Part shown: positions 1 to 12,270 of the stretch, piece after piece
Numbering within the stretch: position 1 is the first letter of the stretch
How the letters are laid out: every line of letters starts with the position of its first letter
Notes under the pieces: model-generated
What the model saw: only the letters and a program-made list of their open reading frames with translations
What the model was told of the DNA's origin: nothing
The model's database searches: none
Translations under genes and position numbers: made by a program
Assembly (NCBI GenBank): GCA_964270895.1
Contig: OZ185439.1
DNA: 64,000 nucleotides
Source: Podarcis filfolensis
Taxonomy: Eukaryota
Strand: one strand, 5' to 3'

Positions 1-176
1 AATCCACAACCTGATTGGCTTACAGTAGAATTCCGGAATTAGCCAATCATGTGCAGCCCATTGTGTAAATAATGTATATAAAGCAGATACCTTGAGGGGA
101 CTTCCATTCATTCCTCCTCACCACTATGAGCTGAATAAAGAGCATGAAATCACTTTGCGACTCTGAGTATATTTCA
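1..176 (+). mobile_element. 3' part of an LTR (same family as 3247-3555), cut by the window edge
   Basis: 176 nt match to 3380-3555 with 3 substitutions; CCAAT, TATATAAA, AATAAA, ends ...TTTCA. Confidence 0.8.
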
Positions 177-456
177 GAAGAGTTGCATAGAAAGCGCCAT
201 CCAGTCGTCTTACGGACTCCACTCTGGATTTGTGTAGAGTTTACTCCTTAACCTTTTCTTCTCCCAAAGATATCCCACAAGGCAGCAGAGATTTGGGATC
301 AGAGTTTACCTTCTCCTAGATAGGCTACCTTCCCATCTGGGTAGGCTTGTGGAAACAATAATTCTTCAGCTAGCAGCAATCATCCTTAGCTAGCAAGATC
401 GATGGTCAGGGATGATGGGAATTGTAAGCAGCTGGAGACCCAAGTTTGGTCTGGGT

Positions 457-496
<40 letters not shown>

Positions 497-499
<3 letters not shown>

Positions 500-990
500 T
501 TTATTATTTATACCCCACCCATCTGGCTGGTTTTCCCCAGCCACTCTGGGCGGCTTCCAACAGAATATTAAAATACAATAATCTATTAAACGTTAAAAGC
601 TTCCCTAAACAGGGCTGCCTTCAGATGTCTTCTAAAAGTCTGGAGTACAGTGGTACCTCGGGTTACAGTTGCTTCAGGTTACATACGCTTCAGGTTACAG
701 ACTCCGCTAACCCAGAAATAGTACCTCGGGTTAAGAACTTTGCTTCAGGATGAGAACAGAAATCGTGCTCCGGCAGCGCGGCAGCAGCAGGAGGCCCCAT
801 TAGCTAAAGTGGTGCTTCAGGTTAAGAACAGTTTCAGGTTAAGAACAGACCTCCAGAACGAATTACATACTTAACCCGAGGTGCCACTGTAGTTGTTGTT
901 CTCTTTGACATCTGGTGGGAGGGCGTTCCACAGGGCAGGTGCCACTACCGAGAAGGCCCTCTGCCTGGTTCCCTGTAACTTGGCTTCTTG
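497..990 (-). mobile_element. L2-type LINE 3' end with (TTA)n tail, interrupted by a MITE
   Basis: Same tail family as 20641, 23150 and 39270 (ccagatgg..gg.ataaa; agggccttctc, RAFS motif); (TAA)n at 458-494. Confidence 0.75.
648..889. mobile_element. Tc1/mariner-type MITE
   Basis: TIRs CAGTGGTACCTCGGGTT / AACCCGAGGTGCCACTG with TA duplication (646-647, 890-891). Confidence 0.9.
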
Positions 991-2341
991 TACTACAAAG
1001 CACAGCGTGGACAAAGCCCCCAACCACTTTTAATTGGCCCAGCGGCAACGTTGTATCTTGGGCCTGTTGCCTCAAGTCTCCTGGGTGCCTAGAAATGCGC
1101 CTGCCTCCAGGGAACATCTTAAGCAAACAGGCTGGTTGAGATGGGCAAAAGCGGTCCTTCAGATACTGGAGTATGATGGAACACCCAAACCTCTGGGAAA
1201 CGCTGGTGATGATGGAGTTGTTTGAGCCATGCTAGTTTGACAAGGCAGACAGGGCTACATGAAAGCTGTATGTGTAAGTGTGCGCAAGTCCTATCCTTAT
1301 ACATAACAGTAAACGGTATTAAAATTGATTCATATATTCAGCCAGTCTGTTGTGACCACACAGAGCGCAGGAGGGAATCCACGCTCCACCAGGTTGATGT
1401 CAGAGTGATATATTAATTTTACCTTTTTTAAAAAGAAAAGGAGCCGAACAATGGGCTTTGCAGTAGGAATTCTGTGCCCGTGCATCTCAGAAATGAGGCG
1501 ATGGGGTAGCTTGGCGTACAATTAATAGCAGACTCCAAGCTATCTTCTGCTCACTCTATTGGGCGATTTGCATTTCTGAGAAAGTGGAGCTGCCTATGAA
1601 TAAACATGAATGACGACGATTTGCAACTATGTGAGTGTGAGTGTGTATGTGTGGCATTCATATAAGACACCTGGTTGAAGTCCACATCTGTGTATATAGA
1701 GATGCTCTTTTAAATTGTTTTAAAAGCTGTTCATGATGCATGAGGGTACGGGGAAGGATACGCATTTCAACATGCCACTTATTAATATAATTATTGGTTT
1801 GATCTCGATGAAGATGTATGGCGTCTGCAAAAATTATCATTTCGTGTCCTTCTTTTCCTATTTTTTCCTTTTCCTTTTTCTTAAACCGAACCCTCTGGTG
1901 AATGATATATCTCAGGAAAATGTATTTATTCAGAACTTCATTCTGATTTAATAGAAAAATGGTTCTTGCCATGGCAATGTGGAATGCACATTTTTCTCCC
2001 CGCGCTGACTTTCAGCCGGAAGCGCTGGCTTCTTTTCTGTCGGCATTCTCTTTCTTATCAGGAAAACTTGCTCAAGATTAATTTTCCCAGCTTGCCTTCC
2101 TTTTAAACTGGCTGTTTTTCAATGCCAGTTAAAAGACAGCGTTTTGATAAATTCCCCATTGCTATGGCGCACAAGCTGAATGAAGGCGCCTGCATCAGTC
2201 TATCCCACATGAGGAAAACAACAGAAGGCGCATAAAGGACCCCTACGTACGCCTGCATGTAAGCATTATGTGTGAACTTTGTCAGATGAGGCAGGCTATC
2301 CCAATTTTCTTAAGAAGGGAACAGAGGTGGGCAAAAGACAA

Positions 2342-2930
2342 CATTTCACACATAATGCCCCCAGTCTAAAGATATTTGTGGCATGGACCAATGGTACCAA
2401 ATAGTATGGGAAACAGCCCCACTAGAAAAAATAAACTGAAACTGACATGGGGACAAACAGAAGAAGACGCCTTTTGGCTCTTCTTTATGGCTCCCCTTTA
2501 TCACATACACAGCCCAACAAGACAATGACAATAATCCACCAACAGCATACAAATCAATATGGCTAACCTGATCCAAAACACCCACCCACCCCACTCACAC
2601 ATGAAAACAAAGATCACCACAGCCAATCACAAACAAACAACCACACCCTAGGCTAACCCCAACCTCTCTCACCACCAAAGGAACACAAGTGAACAGCACA
2701 AGCAACGCTGACACCAAACCCTGCATACATTAAGCATAATAGAAACATCACCACCCGACCCCACCCCCACCCATCTTCCCCCACTCCACCCCTTTTTTTT
2801 CTCCCCCTAATGTCTCAACAAATGAAACGGATTTGTAAAAATGTTACATGGAAAAAATACGAGAGGCATTACACATACTTCTGTAAAACAAGAAGATCTT
2901 TAATTTAAAAAAGTGAAGAAGAAAAATAAA
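2342..2930 (+). mobile_element. L1-type LINE 3' fragment
   Basis: Decayed ORF2 C-terminus-like peptide (MDQWYQIVWETAPLEK...EEDAF), then C-rich 3' UTR and A-rich tail. Confidence 0.6.
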
Positions 2931-3246
2931 GACACTTGTGGCGAGATCCTGCCTTTTAAACCATGCAAGAACTGCACGCACGAGCCAATGCAGACAGACC
3001 GCCTAGGGTTTTAAAAATAAAGTTGGGTTTATAGTAGCAGAGTTAGCAGAAGATGGAGGTACCCGGTCTCACCACCCGTTCTGTCTCCCCCCACCCATCC
3101 TGTGACATAAACTAGCACTGAAAGTTTACCTGCATTTACATGGATGGCGTTGGGATTCTAAACCTACATGGTAGAAGCTAGTTTCTCACAGATACATCAT
3201 GCAGGAGACAGAGAGCTTGAGCTTGGGAATTTTGGGGCTTGGGAAT

Positions 3247-3555
3247 TGCTATGTACTGAGTTGAATAGGATCCAAACTGCAGCAGTCTGATTGGTCCTAG
3301 AACAATAGGATTCAGAATGCAGCAGTCTGATTGGTCCTAGAACAATGCAGCAGTATGATTCATGCTCCAGATAGAAGTGAATCCACAACCTGATTGGCTT
3401 ACAGTAGAATTCCGGAATTAGCCAATCATGTGCAGCCCATTGTGTAAATAATGTATATAAAGCAGATACTTTGAGGGGACATTCATTCATTCCTCCTCAC
3501 CACTATGAGCTGAATAAAGAGCATGAAATCACTTTGCGACTCTGAGTATATTTCA
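3247..3555 (+). mobile_element. Solo LTR (309 bp)
   Basis: TG...CA ends; 5-bp TSD GGAAT (3242-3246, 3556-3560); tandem TGCAGCAGTCTGATTGGTCCTAGAACAA repeats; TATA box and AATAAA. Confidence 0.85.
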
Positions 3556-3740
3556 GGAATTTTTGGGCTCAAGCTTGGGCTTGAGCTTGGGAATTTTTCT
3601 GGAAAACACAAAATGTATATTCCCCTATCTTACCTGTTGGTCACAACCCTGCCCTCTGCTGCCTAGAGGCATGCAAGGTTGCTTACACCCAATAGTCCAA
3701 GCCAGCCCTATGTTTTTCCCCAGACCGGTGCCCTCCAGAT

Positions 3741-3742
<2 letters not shown>

Positions 3743-3788
<46 letters not shown>

Positions 3789-4885
3789 TTATACCCTGCC
3801 CTCCCCGGCCTGAGCCAGGCTCAGGGCAGCTAACACCAGTAAAATTGCAGTAAAAACATAATGGGGGGCGGGGACAATTTAAAATACAGGTTAAAATGCA
3901 ATTTAAAATGCAGCCTCATTTTAAAAGTAGCCCATAGATCAAAACCATAAGGGGAGGGAAACATAAGGGTCAGACTGAGTCCAAACCAAAGGCCAGACGG
4001 AACAGCTCTGTCTTGCAGGCCCTGCGGAAAGAAATCAAGTCCTGCAGGGCCCTAGTCTCTTGTGACAGATCGTTCCACCAAGTCAGGGCCAGTACTGAAA
4101 AGGCCCTGGCCCTAGTTGAGACCAATCTAACCACCTTGTGACTTGGGACCTTCAAAATGTTGTCATTTGTGGACCTTAAGGTCCTCTGCGGGGCATACCA
4201 GGAGAGGCGGTCCCGTAGGTACGTGGGTTCTAGGCCGCATAGGGCTTTAAAGGTCAAAAGGTAAAGGTAAAGGGACCCCTGACCATTAGGTCCAGTCATA
4301 GCCGACTCTGGCGTTGTGGTGCTCATCTCGCTTTATTGGCCGAGGGAGCCGGCATACAGCTTCCGGGTCATGTGGCCAGCATGACTAAGCCGCTCCTGGC
4401 GAACCAGAGCAGAGCACGGAAACGCCATTTATCTTCCCGCCGGAGCGGTACCTATTTATCTACTTGCACTTTGACATGCTTTCGAAATGCTAGGTTGGCA
4501 GGAACAGGGACCGAGCAACGGGAGCTCACCCCGTCACAGGGATTCGAACCGCTGACCTTCTGATCGGCAAGTCCTAGACTCTGTGGTTTAACCCACAGCG
4601 CCACCTGTGTCCCTTTTAAAGGTCAAAACCAGCACCTTAAACCTGACCCTGTACTCCACTGGGAGCCAGTACAGTTGGTAAAGCACTGGATGAATGTGAT
4701 CCCGCGGCAAGGACCCCATAAGGAGCCTCGCCGCGGCATTCTGCACCCACTGGAGTTTCTGGGTCAGCTTCAAGGGCAACCCCGCGTAGAGCGAGTTACA
4801 ATAATCAAGCCTGGAGGTGACCGTTGCATGGATAACAGTGGCCAGATCAGGGTGATCAGTTTTGGACTACAAACCAGCTGGAGCT
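3743..4885 (-). mobile_element. 5'-truncated L2 LINE (RT C-terminus + 3' UTR + (TTA)n), interrupted by a Sauria SINE
   Basis: LATVIHATVTSRLDYCNSLYAGLPLKLTQKLQWVQNAAARLL...WLPVEYRVRFKVLVLTFK | ALCGLEPTYLRDRL...RAFSV...KTELFRLAF*. Confidence 0.88.
4260..4614 (-). mobile_element. Sauria SINE, full length
   Basis: GGGACACAGGTGGCGCTGTGGGTTAAACC head, (ACCTTT)n tail, 14-bp TSD TTTAAAGGTCAAAA (4246-4259, 4615-4628). Confidence 0.9.
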
Positions 4886-5012
4886 AACATGGCCAACGGT
4901 CAGGAATAATGGGAGACATAATCCAAAACATATAAAGGGCACCATTTTAGGGAAGGTTGGTCTAAAGGCATGTCTGCTGTACAGATTTAAACTGGTTCCT
5001 AGCATGCCTGTT

Positions 5013-5250
5013 CATAGCTGTCAAGTGTCCCTTATTTGGCGGGACAGTCCCTTATCCCAGCGCCATGTTCCGCTGCTGTCCCTTATTGATGAGGCTTCGT
5101 TTGGCTGCTGGCTGGGCTTTCTGCCTTTGGCTCGGAAGGGCTCAGAAGTTGAATATACCTGTGCCTGGAAAATCCCTTATTTTGGCTGCTGATCCCTTAT
5201 TTTCGAGGCTGCTGGTCCCTTATTTTCAAATCTGTAAGTTGACAGCTATG
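5013..5250. mobile_element. hAT-type MITE
   Basis: TIR CATAGCTGTCAA / TTGACAGCTATG; 8-bp flanks TGCCTGTT / TGCATGTT (7/8 match). Confidence 0.75.
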
Positions 5251-6060
5251 TGCATGTTGCTCATGGCCTCCTACGAAAAACACTTGGGAAATGTAGTTCT
5301 GCAACAGGACTAGGGATCTTTCCCTGTGAATTCACTGTCTCCATCACACCATGGTTGCAAGTCCCAAGAATATTTGGAGAAAGCCAATACAGATTATTTC
5401 AATCTTGTTTAAATTTGTAATAAGGAAGCTGTTGAACATATTCTCTGAACAATACTTCCTATGATTTATTAAACCAGTTTCGATATAATTTTAATGTGTG
5501 TTTTAGAGGAATCTTCTGGCTTGGATTTATTTTTGGGTCTCTTGTTAAGTTATTCAGTCCAGAAAGCTAGGTCAGTATAGTTGTCCAGAGGCAATGCCAC
5601 ATCCTACAAAAATAGGAAGAAATTCACATAGCCCATCATTTCCAGCCTGGGACCCAAAGCAGTTTAGGTGAACACGACACTCCTTTTGCAGATGTGAATG
5701 CAAGGAGTTTTGTCATCTGTCTTGACACGGGGGTGCAGTCTCCAAGGACAAGTCCCACAGATAAAGTTTCCAAAGGAAAGTCGCATGTACTATTTTCTGT
5801 TGTTTGGGCTCACTCTTGTTCTTCCTATATTAGGCGCCGCAGCTCAGGCGCCACTGCCTATCTGTAAAATGGAAATAGCAGAGACCTAGCTCACAGGATG
5901 TGCGTGAAATATGCCTTTCAAGGTAGAATTTTACATCTAAATAATAACGCCATCATTTCTGAAGGGAAAGTAATCCATTTAACAAAGAAATGTTGTGTAT
6001 CTGCAAGCAGGCGGATGCCGCATTGTTTGACAGTCCATATCCTTTTATGTTTGCCTACAG

Positions 6061-6183
6061 GTTGGAATAATAGAAGACTTCTTATACCAATTAGAAGATA
6101 GTTTCTTAAAGACCAAAAAACTCAGAACAGCAAGGCGGCAGAAAATGAAAATGAAGCGGCTTCAAAGCAAACAGGCATGCTAG
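6061..6183 (+). CDS. SPATA16: SPATA16 (spermatogenesis-associated 16) terminal coding exon
   Basis: cctacag| then VGIIEDFLYQLEDSFLKTKKLRTARRQKMKMKRLQSKQAC*, matching the recalled SPATA16 C-terminus (VGQIEDFLYQLEDSFLKTKKLRTARRQK..KRLQ). Convergent orientation to ECT2 fits the known amniote gene order. No upstream exons found in the window. Confidence 0.92.
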   Translation, partial: VGIIEDFLYQLEDSFLKTKKLRTARRQKMKMKRLQSKQAC

Positions 6184-6361
6184 GCCTACTGGGGGAAGAG
6201 GCCCCCATCCTGCACCAGAGATGGCAAGAGAGGACATTAATATAGCAGGAGTCTGACAGCTGGGACAACAAAGGCCAGCCTTCAAATTAATGAGGTGTCC
6301 TCTCCGTAAGGCTCATCTTTTAGCAACAAGCTCCTGCACTTCATTAGTCTCATCTGACAGG

Positions 6362-6367
6362 AATAAA
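6362..6367 (+). terminator. SPATA16: Probable SPATA16 polyadenylation signal (AATAAA)
   Basis: First AATAAA ~180 nt after TAG 6181-6183. Confidence 0.55.
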
Positions 6368-6569
6368 AACGTTCATGGGATGCTTGACTGGATTCTTATG
6401 CAGAATGGGCTTGTTTATCCAAACCTGGTGGGGAATTTGGATCGCTGCAACATCCCCTTGCGTTAGGCATATAACGCAACCAGCCAGGTCTTGGGAGAGG
6501 TCTTTTGTAATCCAGAATTAAGCAAAGCACGGGAATGTAAGGAGGAGCTTTCCGTGTGCGAGGTTTTGG

Positions 6570-6660
6570 GGGACGGACGCAGCTCAGTGGTAGAGCAACT
6601 GCTGCCCATTCCAAAGGTCCCAGGTTTTATACCTGGCATCTTCCAGCAGGGCTGGGAGAC
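6570..6660 (+). mobile_element. Old tRNA-derived SINE head fragment
   Basis: agctcagtggtagagc A-box and B-box-like segment; related to 28893 and 56243. Confidence 0.55.
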
Positions 6661-9600
6661 AGCGGCGGAGCCTATGCCCACGCTGCCCAGGACGGGAACA
6701 CTCCCGAGGGAGGGGCAAGGAGGGTGCCCTTCCAGGTGCAGGATAGCCACTCGGGTGCAAGGAGTGGCACACATGCCCTGCAGCCGGGGGCAGAGCAAGC
6801 CGCCCATGGGAGACATTTGGCACGCCGCACGCCTGTGACTCCCAAGCCTCCCCCCAGCTGTCAAAGCGAAGGGCAAAGGGTGTGCTGGTCCCACGGGTTA
6901 CCCGAGAGGCGAGGTCCAAGTCCGGTCCATGGTCAAAGGTGCAATGAGGAGGCAGTCCGTAGTAGCTGAAGCTGGGTGCAGGGCAGGGAGTCGGGTGAGG
7001 TCAGGAACAGGTTTGCAAAGAGAACTCTCTCCCAAAAGAGAGCCTCAGTTTCCTTTATTTTTTAGGTAAAACTTGAAATTTAGTTGTTGCTGTTTTAAAA
7101 GAATATATTTAGAGACCCGCCATAACCCAAAGTGCTATCATTTACATAACTTGTGTGTGAACCCAGCACTTCTTTCAGACTATTCACATGTGTGGCTTCT
7201 TTCTTTTGCCATCGACTGCATCCCGATCAAGCTTTGGCTAGCATGGTTGGCTTCCTCCGCCAGATACCTGTGGTTTTCTCACCACCCACCCATGGAATAT
7301 ATTGCCTCCTAAAACCCAGCAAGGTTTTCGTAAGTTCCTAAATCAAAATGCATGCAGAAAAATAAAATAAAAGCCACACGAACCCACCAGCACGATAACA
7401 GCTTGAATTATGCAACTGCGACTCAAAGAGATTGTGTGATGGAATCAAAAATTGATCAAATGTTTTCTGCATAATCCAAGGTGGTGTGGACTCTGAGATG
7501 GGGCACAATGGCGGAACAGGTAATTGTGTGGGTTTTTTTGGGGGGGTGTTCCTAACAGGCTGACACACGTTCCTTTCTGATGAAGGCATGCGAGGTAAAT
7601 AGGAAGGTGGATGCCACAAGCGTCATTAAATAGTGCCTTCTAAATTTTTCTAGCTTTCTTAAAGCAGCAGGTTCAGAAAAGAAAACTCTCTGGTGCTGGA
7701 CCTCAAGGGTCTCATGGCACCTCCCATGTCATGCAGCATAAGAACAAAGTTGCCCAGGGCTGGCTGGAGACCTTTGGCCACCTGGAGCAAAGGGCAAGAT
7801 GGAGCGCTCCTTCCAAATCTGTGTATAAGATCCAACCAGTATTAGAGTCTCACTTCAACAATGGTGATAGGATGGCTTTCTCCACTGCATCCAAGGACAA
7901 CAGGCTAAATCATACCTTATCCTCTAATGCAGGGAAAGCCAACATGGTGCCCTCCATAGGTTCTCCCATTATCCCCCAATGTTCGCCTTCCAAGTTGGAC
8001 CTGACAGGAGCTGGAGAGCTACCCTTGCCCTAATGCCTTGCTGTTGCTCTCTGGTCCCCAGAATATGCTGCCCAATGCAGCCAACGCCTCACTCTGTCCA
8101 ATGGCAGAGCTGGCCCTGAACATCTCTTCAAAGGGATCCATACCCTCCAACATTCCTCTGATGAAAAGAGGGACATCCTATTCCATACCCTCCAACATTT
8201 AGCCAATGAAAATAGAGACGTCCTAAAGAAAAGTGGGACATTCTGGGATCAAATCAGAAACTGGGGCAGCTTCTATAAAACTGGGGACTGTCCCTGGAAA
8301 ATAGGGACATTTGGAGGGTCTGGAGATCTGTGTGAAATTGCCCCAGTGCTCCCTTCAGGGTTGGCAAAAACTTTTTACCAGTCCCTTTAGCTGAACCAGC
8401 TGAAACATCCCAGTTTTGATACGCGGGATATTGGCGGGTATGCTATACACTTAACCTGAAAGTAAACCCTATTGCACTCCAGTAGGGTTTTTTCTGAGTA
8501 TGCCTGCAGAGGATTGTGCTGTTGGCTGATTTATTTGATGTCGCCAGTGGGACCCTTTACAAGACTTGCCTTATATGTATATTGACAACATGCCCAATAA
8601 ATAGATGGGTGCGTGTGACCTCTTAAATACTTTGGACTGGTGCTCACTGGAACGTTTGCTTTTTCAAAATAAATAGACCGCACTCCAAAATAGTCCAGTA
8701 AGCAAAGGACCCGGCCTGTGCTCCATTCTACAAGGTTTGCCAAGATTTCAAGTACTCAGGTCCCGTAAAATGTAGTGATTTCTAATATGGCTACTGCGGT
8801 AAGTGGTTTCTCTGCAGGGAAGCACCAACACAATTCCTTGCCAAGGGTGTAAGGGGCCTTCGATATTGCCTCTCCTGAGGTGGAAGCTGACAGCCAGAGC
8901 CAATGGGAGCTGGCTGAGGTTGGGGGGCAGAGTCCCATTCACCCTATTGAACCAGCCCCCACTGAGGCCTCCCCGAAGCATGGAACCCGCATTGGGGCCT
9001 ACTTTGCAACAAGTCCTCACACAAACACTCCGAAGCAAAGTAGTGAGGGACCATATCTGGCAAAGATCCCTCTCCAGATACTTTTGTAGAGCGCCAAAAA
9101 TAAACCAGAGGACAAAAAAAAAATTTCAAGACAACGGAAACAACTTTTTGAGGGCTTCCTATGGAAAATGCCTGGCCTCCTCGAATGTTGAAGAAACCAA
9201 GTGTGCGGCAAGATTAAATTATATAAAGGCGGTGGTGGGAAAGTGGTACCCACTGAGAAGTTAAATGATTTGCCTAAGGGCAACAGCACGAGGCAAAGAA
9301 GGAAAAGAAACCCAGAGGATGAAAATACCACCATGCAGTAATTACAATCAAAGGACAAATTCAGAAATGCGCAGATCTGCCCTTGCTGTTCTTCAAGAAT
9401 AGCACCTGGCAATCTCCTCTAGGCCACGGCCTTCTTTTAATCTTCTGACCAACCGAGAATGGTGGGTCTGCATTCTTCCAGGTGCCCCTTTTCTTTTTTT
9501 TAACATTTCTTTCTCTCTCTCTCTCTCTTTTTGCAACAATTATTGTCACAAAGAGCAGATTTAACAGCGAGCCTTTTTCTTGTTACAATCCTTCACGAGG

Positions 9601-10957
9601 CAATGCCAAATCTGGGACGCCTTTGTGCCGCCTATGAGAGATGATAATAGAATGTATTACCCTGACCTTTTCCGTTTGCTTGGCAATGCTATCGGGGAGC
9701 CTTCCCTCTCTCTCTCTCTCCTCCCTTCTTAACCACCTCATTAACCTGGGAGGGGGAGAAAGGAGGAATGGACAGACAATTAGCCTACAGAATATTAAAA
9801 AGGTTAACACTGAATGGCAAACCCCCCCCCCCCCGACTGCAAGTGTTGGAAATCTGGTATCATGTTCTGCTTTCATAAGCCTCACACACCTAACTGAATA
9901 AACCTGGCGGGGAGGGAGGGCTTTGCTTTTGCACATGGCCAAAGATAGAGAGATTGATAAAAATAAAAAATAAGAAGAGCAGGTGGCTATTTCCATTCTA
10001 AAAGGTGAACGTTTCTCCCCAAGTCGTGGAGGGGCATGAGAAAGAAAAACGAGGGTGCCTGGATAAATAGTCTTTGATTCCTGGTGACTAAGCGAAGTGT
10101 CTCACAGTTATGATCTACCTGGGCCTGAAATTAGATGTTTCGCATGTGGGAGGAAAAGATGAAAGAAAAAAACTGTCTGGCACCCAAAGCTAGAAAAGGC
10201 TTGTCCTGCTTACGCCTCATTAAAATGAACAGGATCCAAGTTTGGTCATGACTCACTCACTTTCAACGGGACAAGAGACGCAACTGGCTTTCTGAGTTTG
10301 GGGCATAATTCGTGAGTCTTGAGACAGCAGAGAAGGAGGGGAGGGTTTTCCCATGGCCCTCCAGATGTTGTTGGACTCTGACTCCCATCAGCCCATCGGC
10401 ATGGCCAATGGTTGGAGATGATGGGATCCGTAGTCCTTTCCCTTCCGAACTCCTGAATTATAAGACCTGGAACTTGTTGAAACGCCCAGGCCCGTCCCTC
10501 CCATGCCTCCTCTGCTGATGCTGCAATATTGGTTCTCTCTTTTATTCATCACTGTGATACCAGCTCTCATTGATCTATTTACTGGCACATTCCCTGCATT
10601 AGTCTCGACACCTGCAGTTCTGGACGCTCACTTGTTCGGTTTGGCCAATCTCAGCGGCAGGCCGAGAGCATGCGGTGACTGGAAATCATTACAAACCTGA
10701 TGCGGATTCAATCTCTTGACCTACGAGTCAAGTTCTGAATTTCATTACCCAGTTAATTCTCTCGAGATCCATTTCCTAATTCAATTAGCCATCTCAACAG
10801 CACTCCTCCTCCCCCTCCTCCCCCTGTTATTCCTACTGGCCACCCACGTCTAGTACATGGCAAAACTCATGGACCTAGAACCAGCTTGGAAAGTGCGTGA
10901 ATGGCTGGCTAATGTGTTAGACTTAAGTTGGAAGTCATTATTATTTTATTTATATAC

Positions 10958-11215
10958 TGCAGTGGCTCCCTGTTTGTGGAATGCTCTCCCCCAGGAAGTT
11001 CGCCAGGCGCCTTCATTATACACCTTTAGGCGCCAGGCAGAAACATTCCTCTTTAACTGACCTTTGGCTGATTGACATCCAATGCCCTTTTAAAGTGTGT
11101 TGTGGAGGGGGGGTCATTGGGTTGTCTTTGTTTTTATTATGTATTTTGTGTTTTTTATATTGTGATTTTATGATGTGAACCACCCTGAGATCTATGGGTA
11201 CAGGACAGTATACTA
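10958..11215 (+). mobile_element. L2 LINE 3' end
   Basis: AVAPCLWNALPQEVRQAPSLYTFRRQAETFLFN* followed by L2-like 3' UTR. Confidence 0.8.
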
Positions 11216-11221
11216 CTACTA

Positions 11222-11441
11222 CAGTGGTACCTCGGGATACAGACGCTTCAGGTTACAGACTCCGCTAACCCAGAAATATTAACTCAGGTTAAGAACTTTG
11301 CTTCAGGATGAGAACAGAAATTGTGCTCCAGTAGCGCGGCGGCAGCAGGAGGCCCCATTAGCTAAAGTGGTGCTTCAGGTTAAGAACAGTTCCAGGTTAA
11401 AAATGGACCTCCGGAACGAATTAAGTACTTAACCCGAGGTA
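11222..11441. mobile_element. Tc1/mariner-type MITE (family of 648-889), right TIR truncated
   Basis: TA|CAGTGGTACCTCGGG start; internal sequence near-identical to 648-889; ends AACCCGAGGTA. Confidence 0.85.
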
Positions 11442-11798
11442 TTAGTATTACTACTAATAATAATAACAAATGTGAAAACATAAAAGCAATTCACCATTAA
11501 AACACACAGTGGCATTAAAACATCCCTAATTAAGGCAATGAAACAAAGAATCAAAAAGCATAACAATTAAAACCGCTTTCAAAGGTTAAAAGAACAAAAC
11601 CAAAAGTCCAGTTTAGGGGAATGGTTGCCTAAACAGGTGTGTCTTCAGGACCCGGCAGCATGCCAATACTGATGGGGCTTCTCATATTTTGGCAGGGAGA
11701 GCCTTTCACAACACTGGCGCCACAGTGAGAAAGCCTGCCTCTGAGTTACCATAAGCCGATAATCATCAGGCTGTGGCTGATGTTCATACTGTACTGCC

Positions 11799-12270
11799 TG
11801 TTGATATCAAGCCTTGTCATTCAGAGGCATTTGGCACTCTCCAGGTGCCCGGCTTGATTCCTTGTTGGCCTCCCCCGTCAGCGACTCCCGGCAAGACAAG
11901 GCGAGGTCTTTATCGGCCGATCCTTCTTCAAACGTGAGAAGAACACAGCCACTCCTCCTCCCTCACTCCCTGCCATCCCCAGGGAGGGGAAAGAGACAGA
12001 CAGAAATGTATTTACATGCCTTTATTTCTGTCTTTCCTCAGTGCAGAGAACAACATGTCTGCACTCTCTGATACCCAGCTGCAGAGTGAGAAATAACTCC
12101 ACCCATGTACTTCCAGTACAGGGTCATGTGACACTCTGAGCTAACATCCGGTGCTCAGTGCACATAATAGACTGTTCCTTGTTCCCACGGTACAGTCCCA
12201 AAACATCAACATCCTGTTTGGCTTTCCAGCCATCTGGAGCACTCAGCAGCATTGCTCCTTTTTCGTAACA
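11799..12270 (-). repeat. 3' LTR of Copia-type element (472 bp)
   Basis: Direct repeat of 14831-15302, preceded on minus by the PPT; AATAAA on minus at 12021-12026. Confidence 0.95.

Noticed and set aside
412-753. 113-aa ORF with poly-Ile
   Set aside because: It is made of a (TAA)n microsatellite, an L2 tail and a MITE.
1-3555. LTR copies at 1-176 and 3247-3555 as the two ends of one provirus
   Set aside because: The second copy has its own TSD on both sides, no TGG-type PBS follows the first, and the interval holds only unrelated repeats.
1-6060. Further SPATA16 exons
   Set aside because: No match to the expected penultimate exon peptide was found; those exons are probably left of the window.
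8803-9264. 153-aa ORF
   Set aside because: No ATG start, no recognisable motif, no splice signals linking it to a gene.
12064-12079. TGGGTATCAGAGA in the LTR resembling a plant-type iMet PBS
   Set aside because: It lies inside the LTR, is imperfect, and a correct PBS exists at 14819-14828; most likely chance.
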